Shown: piece after piece, positions 8,010 through 16,793 of the stretch | How the letters are laid out: each line of letters opens with the position of its first letter | Numbering within the stretch: position 1 is the first letter of the stretch | Assembly: GCA_021786355.1 (NCBI GenBank) | Contig: JAJYNK010000009.1 | Coordinates: 517-64,516, forward strand | Direction: 5' to 3' | Origin: a bacterium | Lineage (GTDB): Bacteria > Patescibacteriota > Minisyncoccia > UBA6257 > UBA9933 | DNA length: 64,000 bases | The notes under the pieces: generated by a model | What the model was told of the DNA's origin: nothing | Database searches by the model: none | The model's input: only the letters and a program-made list of their open reading frames with translations | Translations under genes and position numbers: made by a program

Positions 8010-8290
8010 TTTTTAATACGCGATCAAGTATATTCTCGCTACCGTTCAGCCGCCCGGCGAGCGGCTTCACTGGCGCCACTCCTTCGCTCGTCCAGCCGCA
8101 AGTTCCGTAGAGCAGCTCTCGGAGGTATCGCAAGCTTGGTGTCGCCTTAGGCGACTTGCGATGCCGAGAGCGCAGGCGGGATTTGGCCGCTGGAGCCAAA
8201 GAACCGCCGGTGCTCATAGGAATTTGCGGCTGGACACCTTGCCCGCTCAGTCGCGGAGCCGCGCTACGAATATATTTGCTCGCGAATACA
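8010..8290. other. GC-rich, ORF-poor intergenic block of about 280 bp, flanked by imperfect inverted ends (AAGTATATTCTCGC ... GCGAGCAAATATATTCG)
   Basis: Conspicuous GC and nested hairpins (for example GTCGCCTTAGGCGAC) between the Mur ligase gene and ruvA. Only a 70-aa ORF overlaps it, judged spurious. Confidence 0.5.
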
Positions 8291-8294
8291 CTCC

Positions 8295-8873
8295 CTATCT
8301 TTTACTTAAAAATTTTAATGCCGTTCTTATTCTTTCTTCCGGTTTTTCAATTTTTGAAGAAATGGATTTTACGGCTTCTTTTACTTCGTTTTGCCTATAA
8401 CCCATTCTTTTGAGCGCTTCGGAAATATCAACGTCGATTTCCAGCATAGAAATAATTTCTTCGCTTTCTTTAACCGCTATTTTGTCTTTTAATTCCAAAA
8501 TTATGCGCTCGGCGGTTTTTTTGCCGACTCCGGAAATTTTTGTAAGAAGGTCGGAGCGTTTTTTGTTTACGGCGGACATTAATTCTTCCGGTTTTATGAC
8601 TGATAAAATTTTCAAAGCCATTTTCGGACCGACGCCGGAAATCGAGGTCAGCATTTCAAAAACATCCATTTCGGTTTTATCGTAAAATCCGTAAAGCTCG
8701 ATTCCGTTTTGATTGACGTGAGTATGGCAAAAAATTTTCGCTTTGGAATTTATTTTCGGAAGTTTATTAATCGTCCGCTTCGAAACAAAAACCTTAAAGC
8801 CTATTCCGCTTGTTTCAATAATAATAAAAAGTTTGGTTTTGACGGTGAGCGTGCCTGAGAGGGAATAAATCAT
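8295..8873 (-). CDS. ruvA: Holliday junction branch-migration protein RuvA (start taken at MIYSLSG; the ORF track extends to 8930)
   Basis: Contains the SISGVGPKMALKIL and ISGVGKKTAERIILELKDK helix-hairpin-helix pairs and the N-terminal OB pattern LFIIIETSGIGFKVFVS. Confidence 0.8.
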   Translation of the reverse strand: MIYSLSGTLTVKTKLFIIIETSGIGFKVFVSKRTINKLPKINSKAKIFCHTHVNQNGIELYGFYDKTEMDVFEMLTSISGVGPKMALKILSVIKPEELMSAVNKKRSDLLTKISGVGKKTAERIILELKDKIAVKESEEIISMLEIDVDISEALKRMGYRQNEVKEAVKSISSKIEKPEERIRTALKFLSKR

Positions 8874-8995
8874 TATGGATAGTATAAAATACAAAGCAAA
8901 AATTATAAAGGGAGGAAAATTGACAAACAAATTGGTTTTCTTTAGTCTATAGAAAGATATTAGAAAATAAATTAGGAATCAGGGGGGGGTGGACT

Positions 8996-9571
8996 ATGAA
9001 ACAGAGTCAGAAGAACCAAGAACTGAAAGACACGATTGAAATATTAGCGTTTAAAGGACTCGACTTCGGACTGGCGGTTTCGCTGCTTTACAACGCAAAA
9101 ATTATCTCCCAAGATTTTATTGATAGGCTTGAATTCGATCAATTAGTCAAAATTTACCGAGCAAATATTTATTCAGGTCACAAAATATTTATTTTGGACT
9201 TAATGGAAAAACGCGCTTCTGATTTTTGGCACTGGAAAACGATTTTTGACCTTACTCCGCGAGACGAATCAACCATTTCCACCTGCAAAAACCGTGATGA
9301 AATAATTTCCAAAATGAAAAAGGCGGCGATGGATGACTTTGATAAATTATACACGCTGTTTAAATTACTGGATGTATGTTATTATGAACTCCGTGACAAT
9401 ATCAGACGAGTCAAAAAAGAAGTGGAGGATAAAATTTGTCGCGATATTCAACTGACATTTAGTCAGTGCGTACAAATTCTAAACTCCGCCGACCCGAATA
9501 GTAATTTATATACTAAAGCATTTCAAGAAATCTCGGTTTATATATTGGATGAATTCAGACAAAAAACCTGA
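8996..9571 (+). CDS. Hypothetical protein (191 aa)
   Basis: ORF preceded by a G8 tract (AGGGGGGGGTGGACT ATG). A rho-independent terminator lies downstream. Confidence 0.45.
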   Translation: MKQSQKNQELKDTIEILAFKGLDFGLAVSLLYNAKIISQDFIDRLEFDQLVKIYRANIYSGHKIFILDLMEKRASDFWHWKTIFDLTPRDESTISTCKNRDEIISKMKKAAMDDFDKLYTLFKLLDVCYYELRDNIRRVKKEVEDKICRDIQLTFSQCVQILNSADPNSNLYTKAFQEISVYILDEFRQKT

Positions 9572-9584
9572 TTTTCTAAGACGA

Positions 9585-9616
9585 AATGCTATTGGTTGGC
9601 CGGAGCCTTGCTCCGG
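9585..9616 (+). terminator. Rho-independent terminator GGCCGGAGC-CTTG-CTCCGGCC followed by T6
   Basis: Seen directly, downstream of the 8996 ORF. Confidence 0.7.
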
Positions 9617-9654
9617 CCATTTTTTATTATTCATAAGTTTTTATAAATAAATCG

Positions 9655-9690
9655 TTGACAATTAATCTCTTATATAATAAGATGACGAAC
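9655..9690 (+). promoter_or_regulatory. Putative promoter for rpsT (TTGACA -35 with an AT-rich TATATAATAAG -10 region)
   Basis: TTGACA at 9655-9660. Several -10 candidates follow at 12-17 nt. Start codon at 9711. Confidence 0.35.
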
Positions 9691-9710
9691 ATAAACAAAT
9701 TTTAATTTAC

Positions 9711-9965
9711 ATGCCAAGAACAAAATCAGCAAAAAAAGCTTTAAGACAAAGCGAGCGGAAAAGAAAAATAAACGCGAAAAGAAAACTTGATTTGAGAAAA
9801 GTTCTCAAGGAATATAAAAATCTCCTTGAAACCAAGGACAAAGAAAAAGCGAAGGAACAGTTGAAAACCGTTTATAAAAAATTGGACAAGGCCGCGAAAG
9901 TTAAAATAATAGCAAAAAACAGAGCGGCCCGGCTCAAATCCCGCTTAACTAAAAAACTCGCCTAA
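9711..9965 (+). CDS. rpsT: 30S ribosomal protein S20
   Basis: MPRTKSAKKALRQSERKR...AARLKSRL is a typical S20 sequence. Confidence 0.9.
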   Translation: MPRTKSAKKALRQSERKRKINAKRKLDLRKVLKEYKNLLETKDKEKAKEQLKTVYKKLDKAAKVKIIAKNRAARLKSRLTKKLA

Positions 9966-9979
9966 AGGCGAGTTTTTTA
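9957..9979 (+). terminator. Terminator CTCGCCT-AA-AGGCGAG followed by T6
   Basis: Overlaps the last rpsT codons. Confidence 0.65.
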
Positions 9980-10029
9980 GTTATTCAACCGAATTAGTTT
10001 TCTATTTTTATTCTGACTTTTTTTGGTTT

Positions 10030-12180
10030 TTATTGCATTAGGGCTTTTATCGAAAGTCCGATTTTTCCGTTTTCAACTTTTATAATTTTTGCTTTTACAA
10101 TATCGCCTAATTTAAGGACTTCGTTAATATCTTTTACGAATCCGCTTTTTACTTCTGAAATGTGGATCATTCCGTCGTTACCGCCGCCCAAATCGACAAT
10201 GGCGCCGAATTCCAAAAGCTTGATAATTTTACCCTCAATAATTTCTCCGACTTCAAATTCTTTTGTTAAGGACTGGATGTACTGAATCGCCGCTTGAGCT
10301 TGTTCTGGGGTAGTTGCGGAAACAAATACTTTTCCGGTTTGTTCGATGTCTATTGTCGTAACGCCGGTGTCTTTAATTATCATATTAATAATTTTGCCGC
10401 CCGGACCGATAACCTCGCCGATTCTTTCGGGATTTATATCAAGGGTTAAAATAATCGGCGCAAATTCGGATAATTTCTCGCGCGGTTTATCGATAACTTT
10501 TTTCATAACTTCCAGAATTTCCAGCCGGGCTTTTTTAGCTTGAGCCAGCACGTCTTTTAAAATATCCGCCGTAACTCCTTCAATTTTCACGTCCATTTGC
10601 ATGGCGGTAATTCCGTCTGTCGTACCCGCAACCTTACAATCCATATCTCCGTAGTGATCTTCCGGCCCTTGAATGTCGGTTAAAACCTTGTATTTCTGTT
10701 TGTCGTTTGTAGTTTGTGGTTTCTCTGTGATTATACCCATTGCAATGCCTGCCACCGGCTTTTTAATAGGAACGCCCGCGTCCATCAAAGACAATATCGA
10801 AGCGCAGACAGTTGCCATAGAAGACGACCCGTTCGAAGACAAAATTTCTGAAACAACGCGGATAGTATAAGGAAATTCCTCTTTTGAAGGGATTATTGAC
10901 CTTATGGCTTTTTCCGCCAAAGCGCCGTGGCCGATTTCTCTGCGGCCGGGAGCGCCCATTCTGCCTATTTCGCCGACCGAATAGGGGGGGAAATTGTAAT
11001 GGAGCATAAATCTGCGTTTCCCTGAAACCTCCATTGTTTCTATCATTTGTTCCTGTCCTGGAGCGGCTAAAGTTGTAACTGCCAACGATTGAGTACTGCC
11101 CCTAAAAAATAACGCTGAACCGTGAAGCCGCTTGAACAAACCGACTTGGCCAAAAAGCGTCCTGACTTCGTCGAGTTTTCGAGAGTCGGGCCTCAAATCT
11201 TTTTCCAAAACATTTTTATGGATAAGCGCGTCGATTTCTTCTTCAATAATAGAGTCTATTCCGTCAGGAATCAGCCCCTCGGAAACCAAATATTCTTTCA
11301 AATCTTCTTTTAGTTTTCGTAAATTGTCGTTCTGCTCGGCTTTGTCGGAAACATAAACCGCGGCTTCCAATTTGGTTTTTCCCGACGCTTCGGTCGGGAC
11401 TCCGACTGTTTCACGTCGGAGCAAAAATTCCTGAACTTTATGCTTCAGATTCGGGTCCGGCTCCGTCAAAAGCACCTCGGATTTTGGTTTGCCGATTTTG
11501 GAAATTATTTCTTTTTGGAATTTAATAAGTTTTTTTATTTCTTCCTGGGCTGTTTCAAACGAGCCGATGGCTTCTTTTTCGGAAACTTCGTTTGCCGCCA
11601 GCTCTATCATATTTATTTTACTTTCATTTCCGGCGACAAAGGATTCGAATAAAAATTCCCCGCCGTTAATTTCCGTCTTGGTCGGGTTAATCATTAAATT
11701 TCCGTCTTTCATTTTTGCCAACCTAACGCCCGCGACCGGCCCGTTCCACGGAATATCGGAAATTGCCAAAGCAACAGAAGCGGAAAGAAGGGAAATAAAA
11801 TCCGGATCGTTTTCTTCGTCGTAAGAAAGAATGGTGATAACAATTTGAACATCGCGCCTCATTCGCGAATTAAAAAAAGGCCTTAGCACTCTATCTATCA
11901 TCCGGCCGGAAAGAATGGCTTCTTCTGAAGGCCGGCCTTCGCGCCGGATAAAACGGCTGCCGATAATTTTACCGGCGGCGTAAAATTTTTCTTCGTAATC
12001 AACTACTAATGGAAAATAATCCGTGGCGCGGTCATTTTTCCCCATCGTGGCGGTTACCAAAACCACAGTGTCGCCATACTGGCCTAAAACAGCCGAGTTG
12101 GCTTGCTCGGCTATTTTTGAAACTTTTAGACTAAGGGGCTTACCCTGAAAATCAATTGAAAATTCTTTGAATTCAAGCAT
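10030..12180 (-). CDS. pnp: Polyribonucleotide nucleotidyltransferase (PNPase)
   Basis: 716 aa with two RNase PH domains, KH and a C-terminal S1 domain (GKIIKLLEFGAIVDLGGG). Confidence 0.95.
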   Translation of the reverse strand: MLEFKEFSIDFQGKPLSLKVSKIAEQANSAVLGQYGDTVVLVTATMGKNDRATDYFPLVVDYEEKFYAAGKIIGSRFIRREGRPSEEAILSGRMIDRVLRPFFNSRMRRDVQIVITILSYDEENDPDFISLLSASVALAISDIPWNGPVAGVRLAKMKDGNLMINPTKTEINGGEFLFESFVAGNESKINMIELAANEVSEKEAIGSFETAQEEIKKLIKFQKEIISKIGKPKSEVLLTEPDPNLKHKVQEFLLRRETVGVPTEASGKTKLEAAVYVSDKAEQNDNLRKLKEDLKEYLVSEGLIPDGIDSIIEEEIDALIHKNVLEKDLRPDSRKLDEVRTLFGQVGLFKRLHGSALFFRGSTQSLAVTTLAAPGQEQMIETMEVSGKRRFMLHYNFPPYSVGEIGRMGAPGRREIGHGALAEKAIRSIIPSKEEFPYTIRVVSEILSSNGSSSMATVCASILSLMDAGVPIKKPVAGIAMGIITEKPQTTNDKQKYKVLTDIQGPEDHYGDMDCKVAGTTDGITAMQMDVKIEGVTADILKDVLAQAKKARLEILEVMKKVIDKPREKLSEFAPIILTLDINPERIGEVIGPGGKIINMIIKDTGVTTIDIEQTGKVFVSATTPEQAQAAIQYIQSLTKEFEVGEIIEGKIIKLLEFGAIVDLGGGNDGMIHISEVKSGFVKDINEVLKLGDIVKAKIIKVENGKIGLSIKALMQ

Positions 12181-12181
12181 T

Positions 12182-12697
12182 TTATTTTTTTATCATTATT
12201 CTGGGATTTTTTTCTAAATTAATAAAAAGATCGGCCGCTTCTTTTAATTTCGATGAAGTATTATAACTGAAAGCGGCAACTTCAACAATCCTGCCCATAC
12301 CCCATTGGATATATTCAACAAGCGGTTCGAAATCGCCGTCGCCGGTAACTAAAATTATGACATCCAAAAATCCCGACATTCTTAAAGCGTCAACGGCCAT
12401 TCCAACGTCCCAATTGGCTTTTTTAACGCCGCCCGGAAAAACTTGGATATCCTTCATCCTTAATTCAACGCCGGCTTTCTCTAGGGCCTCAAAAAAGGAC
12501 GCCTCGCCCGTAGGCGCGGACTTATCGGACGTTTCGCTTTTAACGACATAGCCCAAAGCTCTGATAAGCTGGCGACCGTCAACGAGCGTTTTAATAAGCT
12601 CCCGATAATTTACCTTGCCGCCGTAAAGATGCTTGGCTGAATGATAAAGATTTTGGACATCTATAAAAATGCCCACTCTTTGATTTTTATTTCTCAT
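12182..12697 (-). CDS. NYN/LabA-like (PIN-like) domain protein inserted between rpsO and pnp
   Basis: Contains VGIFIDVQNL and ILVTGDGDFEPLV, hallmarks of NYN/LabA. Confidence 0.75.
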   Translation of the reverse strand: MRNKNQRVGIFIDVQNLYHSAKHLYGGKVNYRELIKTLVDGRQLIRALGYVVKSETSDKSAPTGEASFFEALEKAGVELRMKDIQVFPGGVKKANWDVGMAVDALRMSGFLDVIILVTGDGDFEPLVEYIQWGMGRIVEVAAFSYNTSSKLKEAADLFINLEKNPRIMIKK

Positions 12698-12832
12698 GTG
12701 CCGGTTTTATTTAAATTTTACAAGTGGAGCGAAGTTAAATTTAACTTTAAAACCGAACACCCCGCCGCGGCGGGGCAAGGGTTTTGTGTCTGAATTTTGT
12801 TCGCTCGCTCTCCAAAATTCAGACAAAGCCCT

Positions 12833-13099
12833 TTATTTTTTAAGTCCGAGTTTTTTAACAATCTTGTCGTAAGAAGATTTCCTTTTGGTTAAAAGATAGT
12901 CAAGAAATCTTTTTCTCTTGCCAACCATTTGAAGCAATCCCCTTCTGGAAGAATGATCTTTTGGATTTTTTTTAAGATGGCCGGAGAGCTCGTTAATTTG
13001 CTTGGTTAAAAAAGCAACCTGGACCTCCACGGACCCGCTGTCTTTTTCGTGAATAGCGTGATCTTTGATCAAACTTTTCTTTTGAGTTTTAGTTAACAT
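12833..13099 (-). CDS. rpsO: 30S ribosomal protein S15
   Basis: [48 protein letters not shown]. Confidence 0.9.
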   Translation of the reverse strand: MLTKTQKKSLIKDHAIHEKDSGSVEVQVAFLTKQINELSGHLKKNPKDHSSRRGLLQMVGKRKRFLDYLLTKRKSSYDKIVKKLGLKK

Positions 13100-13223
13100 G
13101 ATTTTTAAAGGGTATCATTTAAAGCCTTGATTGTCAATTCTTAAATTTATTTTACGACAAATTAATGATATAATCAGTTAATTGGCTAAATAGAAAATTT
13201 GTTAATTATTAAGAACTATTTAT

Positions 13224-14186
13224 TTGTTCAGCAAATTAACTAATCAACTAATTAACCAGACTGCAACACGCATGGCTGATATAAATAAACTACTTAAAAA
13301 CTATCTCGACTATCTTGAGATAGAGAAAGGCAGAACCAAAGAAACGCGGGAGAATTACGAACATTACTTAAAAACGTTTTTTGAATTTGCCAGAATAAAA
13401 TCCGAAAGCGATATCAACGCTGACAACGTAAGAGATTTTAGAATCTATCTGGCGCGGCTCCATAATCTTCGAGATGGTGAAAATTTTAAGCGCACAACTC
13501 AAAGCTATTATATAATAGCGCTTAGAAACTTTTTGAAATTTTTGGCGAAAAACGACTATAAAGTTTTGGCTTCGGAAAAAATCGAGCTTCCCAGGATCCC
13601 AAAACAACAAATAGACATAATGGAATACTCGGATTTGGAGCGGCTTATGGCGGCGCCCAAAACAACCGATTTAAAAGGGCTGCGCGACAAGGCGATTTTG
13701 GAAGTTTTGTTTTCAACCGGACTTCGAGTGTCGGAATTGTGCGCTTTAAACCGATATTTTGACTTGAATAGGGGAGAAATTTCCGTACGCGGTAAAGGCG
13801 GGAAAATACGAGTGGTATTTTTAGCCGACTCCGCTAAAAAAGCCATTAAAAATTATCTGGATAAACGAACCGACGCCGAAGAAGCTTTATTTGTGAGCTT
13901 AACCAAAGCAAAAAATCCAAAAGTGCTTGGAAGAATTATTCCTCGCACAGTCCAACGCTTGATAGATTTTTATGGAAGAAAGGCAGGCATCTCACAAAAA
14001 ATCCATCCGCATTTAATCCGACACAGCTTTGCCACTGATTTATTAATAGGCGGAGCGGATTTAAGGTCAGTACAGGAACTTTTAGGCCACAGCAATATCT
14101 CCACAACCCAGATTTATACGCACTTGACCAATAAAGAGCTTAAAGAAATACATAAAACTTTTCACGGGAGACGCAGGAGCGAGTAG
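13224..14186 (+). CDS. Tyrosine site-specific recombinase, XerC/XerD-like (true start possibly MADINK at 13272)
   Basis: Catalytic signatures LIRHSFATDLL (HxxR) and LGHSNISTTQIYTHL (Tyr) plus an N-terminal SAM-like core-binding domain. Confidence 0.85.
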   Translation: MFSKLTNQLINQTATRMADINKLLKNYLDYLEIEKGRTKETRENYEHYLKTFFEFARIKSESDINADNVRDFRIYLARLHNLRDGENFKRTTQSYYIIALRNFLKFLAKNDYKVLASEKIELPRIPKQQIDIMEYSDLERLMAAPKTTDLKGLRDKAILEVLFSTGLRVSELCALNRYFDLNRGEISVRGKGGKIRVVFLADSAKKAIKNYLDKRTDAEEALFVSLTKAKNPKVLGRIIPRTVQRLIDFYGRKAGISQKIHPHLIRHSFATDLLIGGADLRSVQELLGHSNISTTQIYTHLTNKELKEIHKTFHGRRRSE

Positions 14187-14239
14187 AAGCAACCACCAAC
14201 TAATAAGATTTAGGACATAAATAAAAAACGTAGAAGTGT

Positions 14240-14263
14240 CGTTGTATAGTATACTATACAACG
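14240..14263. repeat. Palindrome CGTTGTATAGTATACTATACAACG, one of five copies of the TATAGTATACTATA-core palindrome
   Basis: Other copies at 16889-16912, 32445-32466, 43175-43200 (inside a CDS) and 54896-54923. Confidence 0.85.
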
Positions 14264-14303
14264 CAAGAGGAAACGTACTTTAGTGATTAAATAAGTTTTT
14301 TGT

Positions 14304-14324
14304 TTTGTGTCCTCGGTGGGAGTC
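14304..14324. repeat. 21-bp direct repeat TTTGTGTCCTCGGTGGGAGTC duplicating the tRNA-Leu 3' end (att-like). Second copy at 14483-14503.
   Basis: Identical 21-mer at both positions. The second copy includes the last 17 nt of the tRNA. Confidence 0.8.
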
Positions 14325-14486
14325 CTCTTCCCCCGTAATTTTTCGTTCATAAATAAACATGAAAAATTACTCCTCCAGAGCCGGGGTTTTAAAAAAGCAA
14401 AGCAGTTTGCTTTTTTAAATACCCTTCTCCTCCCTTGTGATGTAAAAACTATAAATCCCTTTGAAATCAAAGGGATTTATAGTTTG

Positions 14487-14568
14487 TGTCCTCGGTGGGA
14501 GTCGAACCCACAACCCTTACGGGATAGCGTCCTAAGCGCTACGCGTATTCCATTTCCGCCACGAGGAC
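14487..14568 (-). tRNA. tRNA-Leu (anticodon UAG), long variable arm
   Basis: Reverse complement folds as acceptor GTCCTCG/CGAGGAC, anticodon stem TAGCG/CGCTA with loop CTTAGGA, variable arm TCCCGTAAGGGTT, T arm GTGGG-TTCGACT-CCCAC. Confidence 0.8.
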
Positions 14569-14629
14569 ATATTAAACAAATAAATTATACATTATTAAAG
14601 TGTGCTTTTTAATAAACCCCCTTATTTTA

Positions 14630-14708
14630 CCCCGTAGTGAATTTTGACTTTATTAATTTTATAAATTAATGTCGCCTTTGGCGACTACAGTCAAAATCTA
14701 CTATAGTG
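14630..14708. repeat. Hairpin repeat, family H copy 1 (CCCCGTAGTGAATTTTGACT ... AGTCAAAATCTACTATAGTG) with inner hairpin GTCGCC-TTT-GGCGAC
   Basis: Seen in the sequence. Belongs with copies at 14831, 40933, 43802 and 56613. Confidence 0.8.
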
Positions 14709-14830
14709 TTGACTTTTAAATAATTTTATTGTATTATATCTCAATATTTTGGATTAGACAATCCCACACATAAATACTGTGTATGGGACAAACTATCCCA
14801 AAATTTGCTCTTATAAATAGTTTACGTCAA

Positions 14831-14909
14831 CCCGGTAGTGAAGCTTCGGCCGAAATAAATTTTATCCTCCGACGTAACGTCGGAGGAAAGCCGAAGTTCT
14901 ACTACGGGG
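14831..14909. repeat. Hairpin repeat, family H copy 2 (CCCGGTAGTGAAGCTTCGGCC ... GCCGAAGTTCTACTACGGGG) with inner hairpin CCTCCGACG-TAA-CGTCGGAGG
   Basis: Seen in the sequence, immediately upstream of the higher-GC operon starting at 14953. Confidence 0.8.
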
Positions 14910-14952
14910 TCAATAATTCTGATATCTTAATCCTGAAAGGGGGACGACAACC

Positions 14953-15669
14953 ATGGCAGAAGAAAAGAAAGCTGATTTCAGCGCCGGAGAAGTTGGAAAA
15001 GAGCTCGGGATAACGGCAGGAGGTATTGCTGTTTTTGAACTCCTCAGAAAAGCCTGGGGGCTTATGAAGGTGGGGTCAAGAACCGCTGCCGCTGAAGTCA
15101 TTCGCGAAGTCGGGAGCAAGGCGGCCGCGGAAACGGCCAAAAAAGTGCAGGCGAAGATGAGCGATCATTACCGCGCCAAACTTCTTGTTTTTCTACAGAA
15201 GATGGAGTCTTCAACGGAACCGAGGCAGCAGAGCGCGGCAAAAACCATCAGAAAGAGGCAAGAGGACCGACAGTTTTGCCGGCCCCGGTCTTATTCTGAC
15301 GGCGGAAATTATCGACCCGGCGAAGAAAACCTTCTCGTGAATTGCCTCGGAAAAGTTCTAATACTCAAAGAACCTGAGAAAGAAGTAGCGGCAGAGGCGG
15401 CGGCGACAGAAAAAGAAACCATCAATTTCTTCGTCTGGCTCGGCGAACTCCCGCCTCAAGAATTCGACAGCGCGATTGAGTTTCTCAACCATGACATAGT
15501 TATGCAGTGGTTAAGAATGCTCGGCATTCGTTTCAACGAAATATTCGGTATCGTCGGTTCAGAACTACGTCCTTTCAACGATAAATGGGTTAAGTGGCTC
15601 AACAATCGCCGCACAGCACGCGGTCGGAGGACTGTAGAATATCAAAAGGAGGGCCCTCCTCATGCGTGA
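14953..15669 (+). CDS. Hypothetical protein (238 aa) in a higher-GC island
   Basis: GC visibly higher than the backbone. The stop overlaps the next start (ATGCGTGA), which suggests translational coupling. Confidence 0.5.
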   Translation: MAEEKKADFSAGEVGKELGITAGGIAVFELLRKAWGLMKVGSRTAAAEVIREVGSKAAAETAKKVQAKMSDHYRAKLLVFLQKMESSTEPRQQSAAKTIRKRQEDRQFCRPRSYSDGGNYRPGEENLLVNCLGKVLILKEPEKEVAAEAAATEKETINFFVWLGELPPQEFDSAIEFLNHDIVMQWLRMLGIRFNEIFGIVGSELRPFNDKWVKWLNNRRTARGRRTVEYQKEGPPHA

Positions 15670-16612
15670 AACTCTTAGTGAAATACTCCTAACGCTGCGG
15701 CTCATTCTCGACACAGTCATCACCGGCGCCGCGGACGCCGCCGAGGTCCTTGCCTTTGTCAGGGGCGAAAACAGAACCGATCTTGAAATATATCGGATCG
15801 GACTTTCACGGCTCGCGATTGCAGCGGCGCTTCTGCCTATACCAATCCTGCTTCTGGGAATTTTCGGATTCTCGATGTGGATTTCAATTGCGGGACTTAT
15901 TTGGGCGTTCTTCACGATCTTACTCTCTTTGCTGGCCGCGCCGATTGCGTTGATAATCGACGCGGTCTGGCACAGAACAACAGTAGGACTTGGAGAACGT
16001 TATGTTCGATTAACGCTACATGTTATTTTCGCCGAGTTATCGTTCGCAATAATGCTTATAGTCATTCCTATCGAGAAAAGACCTGAGTTGATCCCGTTGC
16101 TACTGCTCTTGGCCCTTATCATTTTTATTGGGACTCGTCTTTTTGGGGGCGCTTTCATCTTTAACGGAAGGGCAATAACGGTTGTTGCATCAATGATTTT
16201 CATCGCAATCGTCATTTCGTTGTTTCTCCCCCGCACAACGGCTCTCGCGAGAACCGCGGCGAGAGGAATCGATAATAATGTCGTTGCAGTATTTTCCTTA
16301 AATTCTCCTACGAAACCAACGGAAATAGGAACCAACCAGAAAATCCTCGTTGGGATGGAATTCCCGATCAAGCCAGGGGAGGATAATTATCTCTTCGCAA
16401 CTTCGGTCAAGGGAAAACGAACCGAGTACAAGTTGGAGGCCAACCAGCCCATCATCATTCGCTCAGCCCAACCCGACGGTTCTTTAAGGGATTTTCGACT
16501 GGGACCCGGAAGGTTTGGCTGGGAGGTTTTAAGAGATCAACAGGCTGGGCAGCTTCGGGTGCGAAGCGAACAGCCTGCGGTTCTCCGAATTATTGACGTG
16601 AACGAAAGTTGA
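15662..16612 (+). CDS. Polytopic membrane protein (about 6 TM helices) with a C-terminal soluble domain, in a higher-GC island
   Basis: Long hydrophobic stretches (LLLGIFGFSMWISIAGLIWAFFTILLSLLAAPIALII, LLLLLALIIFIGTRLFGGAFIF, VVASMIFIAIVISLF) followed by a 110-aa hydrophilic tail. Confidence 0.5.
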   Translation: MRETLSEILLTLRLILDTVITGAADAAEVLAFVRGENRTDLEIYRIGLSRLAIAAALLPIPILLLGIFGFSMWISIAGLIWAFFTILLSLLAAPIALIIDAVWHRTTVGLGERYVRLTLHVIFAELSFAIMLIVIPIEKRPELIPLLLLLALIIFIGTRLFGGAFIFNGRAITVVASMIFIAIVISLFLPRTTALARTAARGIDNNVVAVFSLNSPTKPTEIGTNQKILVGMEFPIKPGEDNYLFATSVKGKRTEYKLEANQPIIIRSAQPDGSLRDFRLGPGRFGWEVLRDQQAGQLRVRSEQPAVLRIIDVNES

Positions 16613-16618
16613 TCTTTG

Positions 16619-16738
16619 CCCCGTTAGAGAAAAGTCGCCGCGAGCGACTGAAGTCGTGCTCTTAGCACGGCGTTCTCTAATGGGGTTTGCCCCGTTAGAA
16701 GTAGGACGCGTACGATGCGTCCGCGACTTCTAACGGTG
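16619..16738. repeat. Two tandem hairpin repeats of family B: CCCCGTTAGAGA...TCTCTAATGGGG (16619-16685) and CCCCGTTAGAAGT...ACTTCTAACGGTG (16690-16738)
   Basis: Each arm pair is complementary apart from single G-T and C-T mismatches. The inner parts hold small hairpins. Confidence 0.75.
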
Positions 16739-16742
16739 TTTG

Positions 16743-16793
16743 CCCCACTTGTACTTCAGCGCAAGAGCGCTGAAGTACAAGTGGGATTTTTTT
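16743..16793 (+). terminator. Terminator in the same hairpin style: CCCCACTTGTACTTCAGCGC-AAGA-GCGCTGAAGTACAAGTGGG followed by T7
   Basis: A 19-20-bp perfect stem plus a T-run ending the island. Confidence 0.8.

Noticed and set aside
8010-8290. Assignment of the GC-rich block to RNase P RNA, tmRNA or SRP RNA
   Set aside because: I could not find the conserved P4, tag-ORF/T-arm or domain IV boxes by eye. Left as an unclassified structured element.
10346-11824. Several 60-110-aa ORFs on the plus strand inside pnp, and similar ones inside gyrA and dnaE
   Set aside because: They are antisense ORFs within long, well-supported genes, with no RBS or conservation signal.
14783-15013. 76-aa ORF upstream of the island
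   Set aside because: It is translated straight through hairpin H2 and overlaps the better-supported 14953 gene.
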